Shown here one piece after another: positions 40,892-41,409 of a stretch of 41,409 bases of DNA (the first letter of the stretch is position 1; every line of letters starts with the position of its first letter). This DNA comes from a virus (lineage: Duplodnaviria; Caudoviricetes). The stretch is taken from positions 1-41,409 of the IMG/VR virus record IMGVR_UViG_3300032320_002007; one strand, given 5' to 3'. Position numbers and translations under genes: made by a program. The notes beneath the pieces were generated by a model. The model made no database searches, was not told where the DNA came from, and was given only the letters and a program-made list of their open reading frames with translations.

Positions 40892-41409
40892 TCTAGGCTT
40901 CTAAAATAGTCTTTGAATACTTTGGTGATGTTCTTATTTAAATCTGCTTTAGAGGATTCTCTGATTAGTTTACGTGCAGCAGATGCCTGGCGCTCTTGCC
41001 AAACACCATCAACAAACATCCATTCACGCCCTTCCATGATTCCGTTGACAAAGGCATTTGGTGCAGATGGGTCGGCAACGATGTCTACTGCGGCCAACAT
41101 AAAGTCCTCTTGAACTTCTTGATAACCGTTACGGCTCTTCAAAGATCCCATTCCACGTGTTGAAACTCCAAGTTGAGCACCCTCATCTATGAGATTTTTG
41201 ACAATCTTTCCCATTGGGGTGTCTAAAACTTTGGCTTTACCATAGATGTTTTTTCCATCTTCATGCAACTCCTTGATGATGTGTGAAACACGATCAAGAT
41301 TTACAGTTGGACCAGATGGGTGGTTTAGTTCACCGAGAGCACGACCTTTGTTGACATATTCATTGATATATCTCTTGCATTCCTTCAACAAGGTGTTGTG
41401 CGGATATAC
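40888..41409 (-). CDS. gp21: Prohead protease gp21 (5'-truncated by the window edge)
   Basis: Frame is open to the window edge (VYPHNTLLKEC); ALGELNHP, LDTPMG, GVSTRGMGS, DIVADPSAPNAFV.GIME. Confidence 0.96.
   Translation of the reverse strand, partial: VYPHNTLLKECKRYINEYVNKGRALGELNHPSGPTVNLDRVSHIIKELHEDGKNIYGKAKVLDTPMGKIVKNLIDEGAQLGVSTRGMGSLKSRNGYQEVQEDFMLAAVDIVADPSAPNAFVNGIMEGREWMFVDGVWQERQASAARKLIRESSKADLNKNITKVFKDYFRSLE

Overview
A 41.4-kb fragment of a large T4-like (Tevenvirinae/Kyanoviridae-style) myophage, coded mostly on the minus strand. From right to left it holds: head genes (gp21 partial, an unknown 264-aa gene, gp22, gp23, gp3); an inverted uvsY-uvsW-hypothetical block on the plus strand; and a ~13.7-kb very AT-rich glycan-biosynthesis island. 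The island encodes GT32, GT2, WecB, GT-D, GT15, GT8-like, exostosin-like and GT11 proteins, three FkbM-type methyltransferases, and a ColD-type dehydratase/Fcl-ColC/Gmd cassette whose reductase is broken by one in-frame TGA. Further left are the replication/transcription core (gp55, gp47, gp46, gp45, an antisense GIY-YIG endonuclease, gp44, gp62, regA), a GT2-TPR glycosyltransferase next to a cluster of collagen-like GPT-repeat and modular fibre genes, a dUTPase, and a probable plus-strand lysis cassette. The best candidate for an undescribed system is phage-encoded glycosylation of the virion: Thr-rich collagen fibres, an SgtA-like GT2-TPR enzyme and a colitose/fucose-type sugar island. All family calls come from motif recognition by eye; no database search was run.
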